DNA of 47,036 bases from Tubiluchus corallicola. Its lineage: Eukaryota > Animalia > Priapulida. The stretch is taken from the NCBI GenBank assembly GCA_030141605.1, contig JAQGDQ010001328.1, positions 1-47,036 on the forward strand. The letters are read 5' to 3'. The position numbers and the translations under genes are program-made. The notes beneath the pieces are model-generated. The model saw only the letters and a list, made by a program, of their open reading frames with translations, did no database searches and was not told the origin of the DNA. How positions within the stretch are numbered: the first letter of the stretch is position 1; the number at the start of each line of letters is the position of its first letter. Below are positions 38,700-47,036 of this stretch, piece after piece.

Positions 38700-40130
38700 T
38701 AACGTTTTAGGACGGTAGAAAGCCACCAGGCATGAATGCGCTTACAGTGGCCCGCATTAATTATAGTTATTTCTATTAAATTTACAGAAAGGATTAAAAT
38801 CAAACATAAGTAGTTTAAAGGAAAAAGAACGGAAGTTGGTAGCATTGATAATCTCCGACGGTAAACTGTTCCACATATCGATCACCCTGTTCAAAAAAGA
38901 GTATTTAAAAAAATCAATACGACAATAAATTTTGTACGACTTGTAACTATGGCTCCTTAATTCGAGACTAGGTAAAAAAAGGCGTTAGAACTTAGACAAA
39001 TAAGTGCTTGGCATTTTGTACACCATTTTCATATGAAAAATAAAACATCTGATTTCAAGAGCCTGTAGCTTCAAATGGTCTAGTTTACTAAAATATTTAA
39101 CATAAGTTAACCACATTTAGCATATAACCGTTTTTTAACATGTCTTTGTGCTCGCTCGATTTTATCAATCATAGTAACATTATGAGGATTCCATACAGGG
39201 GTGCAACATTCCGTACAGGGGTGCAACATTCCATACAGGGATGCAATATTCCAACAAAGATCTAACGAATGACTTATACGATGTTAAAAGAGCGTCAATG
39301 TTTTTGCAGCAAAACAAAGAAAATCATATTTGGTAATTTAAAAGCTTTGGTAACCGTGCTGAGTACAGTAATTTGAAAAATTTTAGGTCTGAACATACGG
39401 TAACACCAAAGTTTCTACAACAAGTATTCACTGGTAAAGGCGTGTCGTTAAATACGTCCTGAAATTAGGGATTGCTGCGTCAAATGTGAACGAGTACACA
39501 CTTATGAGCTGCAATAGTAAGCTGCCGTTTGCTGACCCATTCTGCAAGAGTTTACAAAGTTCGACTAAGACTTTGATTACTATCAGATGTTATGAAAAGT
39601 TTAACATCAACAGCGTATAACTTGACAAAGACCAAATCCTAATATTAAGGCAAATCATTTAAATTACAGTAAAAATAGTTTTGGTCCAAATATGGAACCC
39701 TGGACTGTGGCCTAGGCAAATCTTGCGTATTTAGAGAACTTTGAACCTACACGTACACGCTGGTTACGATTAGACAAAAATGCAGAAGATCACCAAAAGT
39801 ACCGTACGCCACTAATTTACATATTAACAACAGAATCGAAAGCTTTAGCAAAGTCCACGTGTATTGCATCAACGTTTTCCCTCTGTCTAATAATTTACTC
39901 CATTCATTTGTACATTCTGACAATTGAGTACAAATAGATTTAGCCCTTAAAAACCGTGCAGTGCTATTGTGATAAGTTTATGCATTAGCAAATAACGCAA
40001 CAGTTCATTTTTAATGCAAGTTTCTATTGTTTTGCAGGCAACACAAATTAATGAAATTGGTCGATAATCACGGTGGTCTGACGGGTCAGTTTTTAAAAAA
40101 AAAACAAGTATGACATCTCGGGTTAACGGA
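38700..40130 (-). mobile_element. Degraded CR1-clade LINE RT and 3' end
   Basis: DYRPISLICVACK; DAIHVDFAKAFDSV; AFLSNRNQRVRV; SFVRSLLEYC.PVWNP; FLNRVIDMWNSLP. Confidence 0.85.
39189..39252. repeat. 20-bp tandem triplication inside the CR1 element
   Basis: ttccatacaggggtgcaaca present three times. Confidence 0.85.
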
Positions 40131-40734
40131 ACAGTAGGTAGAGTATCTTGGGTCTGGTTAGGAATTATTGTTTTTCATAACAACTACTGGTTTTATGCAT
40201 TTCAACAGCAAAGTTTAGCATAAAATAGTAGATAGGATCGTGATTAATTTTACTATTCTTATTGACTTTTAGTTCGTTAGAAAATCAAACATTACATCAT
40301 AACAACTTTAAGTAACTATTCGAGTTGTCGTCCAGGAAATTAATGCAGTCAAGCGAGAAATCAGATCAAATTATCTGTTGATGCGCGCCTGACTGCCAAG
40401 GCTAATTCAACTCATATAATTTCGTGATTTACTACTTCATGGCTAAGAAAACGGCAGGAGACAAACGTACATCGCTATAGCTCCACTTATTGCACGTCCT
40501 AAAACGGGTTGGTAGCAATTATGCATGTATCTGAATCACATATATTTCAGTCAGATTTGTAAATCTTTGCAATGCAAGCTGTTTCGACTAATTTAAAAAC
40601 ATCATAATTTTTGTCAATAAACTGCGCGGTATTCAGCTGTAAAAATTCATACGTTTGTCAGCGAATAAATTAGAACCAGGGTTTAAATGAATACCGCCAC
40701 ATAAAAGTAACGAGAAAACTGTGATAATGATCAA

Positions 40735-40845
40735 CCCTAACCTTAACACCCTTCAAATAATGGAACTACCCTAACCCTAACATCCTTTGAATAATGGAAC
40801 TTGTCCTAACCCTAACATGCTTCAATTAATGATCAATTAACCCTA
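40735..40845. repeat. ~34-bp tandem repeat with CCCTAA motifs, about 3 copies
   Basis: ccctaacc(c/t)taaca..cttcaa.taatg(g)a units. Confidence 0.7.
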
Positions 40846-43579
40846 TATGAGAGTGTGAAATGAGTTGTAGGTTTGTGCATGCGCGGTTGCTCCATCCCTA
40901 ATTTGTTATGAAATGTGAAGGTTGATTTGCATAGTTGCTTTAACTCTAGATCTATCTCTAATTTACTATTACAAACTTGTTGTAATAACAGTTTTCTTTA
41001 TTTAGGTTTAGAAACTTAATCACTGTTATGTGCAAACAGAAGTATTTCGCTATGGGTGGTTACTCTAGCACTATCCTTAAACTTGTTGGGATGAAAGTTT
41101 TCTTTAAGTGGGTTTTGAATCTTAAACACTGTTAGTGGATATATGTTTCTGTATTAAATAAAAGTTTTTACTTCCAATAACAGCTTGAACGGAAATGTTT
41201 CGCTCTGATCCTACTTTATTAACCCTATCTTATTATGAAGAAAGTTTAACAGAGAATGCGAGCAAGTTCATGCATAATTACACGACTAATAGGTTGCATC
41301 CATTTACGTCACGTGACTTTGATTCACGTAGATTGTTACTTTCGTTTAACAGCACGAACGACAGTATTTCGCGGGAAAAAATCTTTCCCACGCTATAGAT
41401 TGCGCAATAATCTCGTGTAATTGGTTGATAATATAGTGGAAAGATCTTATGTAATTGCTTTTTGTGATTGCATAATAATCTTGTATAATTGTTCTTAACA
41501 GTTTACATGTACGACAGACCAACCTCTTTATTCGTCAACACATGTTATTTAATTAAGTTTTGATCTATCTATGAATACTCTTAGCTGAGAATTTTTTTTA
41601 CATTGAGTAATGATCTTGTAAAATTGGTTTTAAGGGTTAACATGCACGAAAGACCACCCTGTTTTTTCAACAAAACGTTCTGTCTAATTAAGATTTCTTA
41701 CGATTAAAGATAAAAGATAATTTTGTTACAATCGTTTGTTGTAGGTTTACATTGAGTATTTTAAAACTCACTTAATTCTATCCATTCTAGCAAAATGTCA
41801 TTGATATTTATTCATAAATATTTTCATAACACACATTGTATGGATGCCGCGTTCACCAATTATATCATTAGTGGTATGTGTGGTTCATGCATGAATTAAA
41901 CACCACCATCAGAGTTCCATATCAGGTGTAAAAGTTTTATTGGCTTGTTTTATTTAAAAAAATGAACACAAATAGAAGAAATAGAATTAAAAGATGAGCA
42001 TTGTGTACGCACTTTAATTACGCAAATTATGTGTTTACCACCTTCAATAAGGCATCATGTTTTTAATTGCTATAGCGTCATTCACTATCAAATTCTTTAA
42101 CAATTTCGCTTCTTCAGAACCTCGCTAGTTAAAATTTTTTTGACAGAGTATTTGCATGCATCTTACAGAAAAACAGACATGCATTACCTACTAAAAATTC
42201 TTCAGAACTTCGTACACGCAATTTTCTGACGTAATGTAAACTTCGGATAAACAGTTAGATTGCTACTAACAGAATTTCTCTTCATTAGTTGCTAGGTTAG
42301 AAGAACTGCAAACATAATTATTGTAGACTGCATTCGTAATTTATGCACGTAACGTCAGTATGTACTCAAAAAGTTTCATCAAACCTGCTGTATGAATATG
42401 TTAACAGCGCGTAGGCGCGTCTAAGGTTAATTTACATAATTACATCACTGACAGGTTGCATTCCATTAGGTCACGTGACGACCCCAAACTAGACGTATCA
42501 ACTTGGATGGTGCAAGCATATTCTCGTGTTCTCTTCTTCTTTATCCAGATGGATTTTGAGTCGTTTGTGCATACAGGGGCAGACAATAGGGGCCAGTTAA
42601 TGGTAGTCGCTGCTAAGTTCGATCAGTTCCTTGGCCGAGCTAGGGGTACTAACCGACTGCCCACTAAAGGAAACAGACAGTAGCTGAGCGTAGGCAGACT
42701 CTACGGGGGCTCTACCTAAATAGCATGGATTCTTTTGTGGTGTGATGAATGAAAAACAGGCTTTCCATCTATACCTCAAAAATCAAACTGTAACCAGTCG
42801 AATAAATGACAAAATATTAAGTTTAATGACAAAAACAAAAACAGTGGTATAATTGAGCTTTTTGTAAACAATGGAAACTAGTAATAAGCAAAAGCTAATC
42901 TGAAAACGCTACTAAACAGCAAGGCATGGAACAAATGCAATGACAAAACATGCAAAAATCATACAGTGTTCCTAACTATTTAAAGGGTTCCTACTTACTC
43001 TACCAGCCACCCCAAAATGCGTACGCTAGCATAATATCTTCTCCAGACAAGTGTAGTTTGTGGTCGTAGTCCTTTAGAATGACTAAAGTATGGTTCAGAC
43101 TTCATCTAATGGGCTCACGACTCCAACAGTAACGACGCAAAAAGTCTGAGAGAAACGTAGCTAAATGTTTCAACGTAAGTCTGTCAAAAGGGTGACTTGT
43201 GAACGGAGCTGTAGGCACACATGCGCCTTCTGGAATTACCTGGAGAGATTCATGCTGCCATGAACAGCACAGACCAAAGCCGCCACCTGGTTTAAACTTG
43301 TGTCAAGTTACAACAACAAACAATTTTAAATGTAGCTGGCAGCACATGTTTACTTATTCGCAATAGTATTATTCATTGCATAAATCGTAAATGAAAATTC
43401 AGAGTAGAATAATGTAGACCCTTGCAAGAACGAGACGTTCACACAACGTTGTGAAAATCCCGTGAGTTCAAAAAGCTGATAGCATATAAGTTACATGCCC
43501 AAATACAAATTATAAAGAGCTTTAACAGAAACATATTAATTTTCTTAAATGCAGTTAATAAGCTATCAGAATAAAGATA

Positions 43580-44620
43580 TGATGACATGAGAGTGTTAAT
43601 TTCGTTTTTGTAGCTGAGTAAATATTTTGCAAAACCAATTCTCTGAGGGAAAAAGCTATTAGTGGTAGAGAGCACCTATTTTCTGTTTTGCAAATCTTTT
43701 GCAAAGCAAGTTTTCAAAGGAGAGAAAGTTTGAGAACACTCTGCCGTTGAGAAGAGCAAATAATTCTCGAAGCTATTAGCGGGCGAGAGCGCATTTTTCT
43801 ACCTGAGTAAATATTTTGCAAAGGAAATTTTCAAAAGAAAAGAAAGTAGGAGAGCACTCACCCCCTGGGAAGACCAATTAGATGCACAGAGCGCTTATTG
43901 TGTTCTAGGAGAGTAAATGTTTGGCAAAGCTAATTTTATAAATGACAAAAGCTTTGCGAGCACTCACCCCCTGGGAAGACCAATTAGATGCACAGAGGGC
44001 TTATTGTGTTCTAGGAGAGTAAATGTTTGGCAAAGCTAATTTTATAAATGACAAAAGCTTTGCGAGCACTCACCCCCTGTGAAGAGCTTAGTTCTGTTTA
44101 CCTTTGAGATGACTGTCTTTTCTTTCGAAAATAAGCTCCAGACGCTATGATAGTAATACATCCTTTTCGTTCTCTTTCCTATTTCCTATTTTACCTGTAA
44201 AAGAAGATTATCTTTTCCGAGTAAAAATTCCGAGGACCCAACACTTGATTTTTTCGAAATTTTGACCAAACAGCCTATAGAAAAAACGCTCTAGCGGTGA
44301 CTGGTTGAAACTCTCTGAAGGCGATTTAGAAAGAAGAGGAAGAACATGGCTACACGATGTGGGTTACGTTTTAGTACACCTCAACTAGAAGGAGTGGAGA
44401 CGAGTTAATTAGAGGTTCAATTTTCGGCAATTCTAACTTGGAAAACCGCTGATGCAAAACCATTATTCTGACGTCATCCATTATGCTCTAGCTATAGCTT
44501 TATAACATTAATTCAGCAAAAGCTGCTACTGGCTTTGCCTTATAAATAAGGACTATGTAGGATGCTCGCGTATTTTTGATTATAAGTGTATGTGTATTTA
44601 TGCGCCAAATTTTTGCGGAT
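43580..44620 (+). mobile_element. Helitron-family copy (mosaic of the copy-3 interior and copy-2 3' module), lacking terminal CTAG
   Basis: 43580-44230 matches 3920-4600 in reverse; 44230-44620 matches 2355-2740 in reverse; ends at a degenerate hairpin gcgccaaatttttgcg. Confidence 0.78.
43852..44079. repeat. 106-bp near-perfect tandem duplication
   Basis: gagcactcaccccctg at 43852, 43958 and 44064; one mismatch seen between units. Confidence 0.9.
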
Positions 44621-46029
44621 CATTGGTGGATGGGTCTAATAGCATTTATCATAACAAGCAAATTTCAACTTTGTCAAAATGTTTTGCGTGACTAAACTAT
44701 GCTGCTGTACTGTTGGCGTTGCCATCGTCATCATTATAATCACCATGTGAAATGGTGGATGTGTTTTGTTGTGGGTGATGTGGTCTGGGTTGTGTGTTCA
44801 TTTACGAGCAAAATTCTGTTTGGCAAATCTTATAATTAATTTCAGTACATGCACGCACGCACGAACGCACGCAAACACACACGCATATATATATTATTTG
44901 TGTTGTTTGTACAAGAATGTTTTGTAGAACTTCTAGCTAGCAAATAAATAAGGTTATTAAAATATGATAACCAGAATTTTAAATTACCTTTTATACGTAT
45001 CATTACATTACATTACATTTCATTACTATATACAAAATGACAATACAATAACTTTATGCTAAAATGTAATCACTTTTAAAACTGTGATACAATATCAAAA
45101 TTAGATGTAAGAAAACAAGGTCATCACCAACTGCAGCTCAAGCACCAGGTGACTTGGTCTTTTGCATGAATATGAGCAGTAGAACAGCAACAGATTTTCA
45201 ACGTTTTTATCACTATGAGAATTTCATAAACCAACTTCTTCCTGAAGAAATGAAGCAACAGACTTGCATGAATATTTGTAATTTTTAAAGTGGTAAAGAT
45301 GGTCCTTTGTCTCGTGGCCCATTGACCGACTGTCAATTATCCGCTGGTGCTTCCCCAGGCTACGTTAGCAATGCTGTCACGTTATCAAAAGTCCATTTAA
45401 CTATGTGAAAGCAATGTGACTATATCGTGGTACTGGTTCCCTAGCAAACTTCACTATTCTTCCTACATCCAAAACGCACTTGCCACTAAAAAACTGTTTG
45501 TTGTGTATTTACTCATAGATGACAGTCACATATTGGTTCTATAGGAGTTGGTTTGCTTGTTTCAGAAGAAGCCAGTGCGGGTAGACGGGAACAACAAGCT
45601 ACCCGGACAGCCTACAGTTCATTTTGTGATCAGATTGTAAATTAAAATGGCTGCAATTGTTTTGTAATTCTTAGCAAGCGTAGTTCTTATCTTCGTTAGT
45701 GTAGTTCTCTTTAAAATTACGATTAGCAAAAAATATCTGCTGAAATGTCAAAAAACGTAAATTTGTAAGAAAAGGCATAACACCTGAGCAAAGTAAAGAT
45801 TTGCTAGAATGGGACGATGCCAGCTATGATTGTAGCACTTTTGATGATGAATCTTCGGAAGTAAATAAGTATGTAATTTATTGACCAAGAACTATGATTA
45901 CACTATGATCAGGGTAAACACACGAAAAATAACACAATAAGTTGGTCCACATTTTCTCCAAAGCATTGATACATTGAGGATGGCATTTAACATAATTAAC
46001 ATATTTTACATTATATTATAAGTCCAACA

Positions 46030-46370
46030 AGAAACAGTGATTATTGTGCAAAACACTTAAAGCACTGATGAATATAGTCCACAATAGATTGGTTATCGTT
46101 ATGCCTGAATATTGACACATCAATATTAGAGAACCGCGGAAGTTTTCTGATCGGGTCAGACTTCGCACAATTTCACAAAACATCTTCTTCGTCTTGAACA
46201 GGCCTTGGTTCGTTAGTACAGAAGTCGCAAAACCGCCTTTGCCTAGGTATACTCCTCCACCTGCCAATTTTAATAGCCAATTTATGACCAGATCTTCTGG
46301 CCTATATTTGAATATATAGGATGACTAACCAAATCCGGAATCAAATGTCTGTGTGTATCCATTCTACTGT
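46030..46370 (-). mobile_element. LINE ORF2 C-terminal zinc-finger remnant (RTE-X-like)
   Basis: SGHKLAIKIGRWRSIPRQRRFCDFC......DEEDVL*NC....IR. Confidence 0.7.
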
Positions 46371-46399
46371 TGGTTGACACACTACATTCTTGTGCTCTC

Positions 46400-46582
46400 C
46401 TTTGCTTTTCCTCTATTGCAGGGTCTCGTTTCAGAGAGGTAGAAGTCTTTTCAGTGCTGGTCGAAGAACCGGCAGCACCATTTTTCAAGTCTTTGGCTGG
46501 ATTCGGTCGAGAGTTGAACCCACGATTCCTGGGTGGTAAGAGAGCACGCTAGTGACGCTACCATTGAGCTACGCCACCCGGT
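46400..46582 (-). mobile_element. tRNA-derived SINE, same family as 280-475
   Basis: ACCGGGTGGCGTAGCTCAATGGT...GGGTTCAACTCTCGACC...TTGAAAAA.GGT shared with 280-475. Confidence 0.72.
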
Positions 46583-46589
46583 TTATTTT

Positions 46590-46745
46590 GGGGGTTTATT
46601 TTTCGAATTGGGCACACCGGAACGAACGGGAAGCGAAATACCTGTAAAAATGGCGGCCGTTTTTGGCCTTTTTTTTGCAAATACCTCTTATTTCTAGATA
46701 ACGGGGATGGACCGAAGGCGGTGTTGGTAATAATAGCATAGTCCG
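46590..46745 (+). mobile_element. Helitron-family internal fragment
   Basis: ggggtttatttttcgaat.gggc..accgg.acgaacggg...atacctcttatttcta matches ~2060-2228 in reverse. Confidence 0.7.
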
Positions 46746-47036
46746 TATCGAAAATTTGTTTCATTGTATAAGGCATAACATAAATTCAAGTTAGGTGCAC
46801 TACAATTTTTAATTTTATTTAGCACTACTTAGGCCTATATAGAGGGACTTGCTCTATTAGCCAGTGAAAGTTAAAAGAGTCGTCCTCGTTGCTCATGTAG
46901 AGCGACCTTATATAAACATTTCATTCATAAATTAATCTAAATTGTGGGCTTCATGCAATGCATACTTGTATAGTCTGAAACTACCTACAGACCTATTCTA
47001 AGGGCAAATCTAAGTTTAACATTCAAGGCTATATTA

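Overview
AT-rich, repeat-dense eukaryotic (animal, probably invertebrate) genomic DNA, not prokaryotic. It holds three Golgi glycan-modifying loci: an intact single-exon carbohydrate sulfotransferase (CHST11/HNK-1ST family, minus strand, 11396-12415), an intact single-exon alpha-1,3-fucosyltransferase (GT10, plus strand, 24121-25374) and a frameshifted paralog of that fucosyltransferase (about 33437-34473). Most of the rest is transposon-derived: a head-to-tail array of non-autonomous Helitrons with exact CTAG|TC junctions (1808-~4680) and dispersed relatives near 44 and 46.6 kb, a perfect inverted repeat of at least 635 bp at the window start with a hAT MITE in its spacer, tRNA-derived SINEs, a Bel/Pao gag-protease remnant with a duplicated zinc-knuckle module where RT should be, two divergent piggyBac fragments, many LINE remnants and long microsatellites. 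Boundaries of degraded elements are approximate and read by eye; no searches were run.
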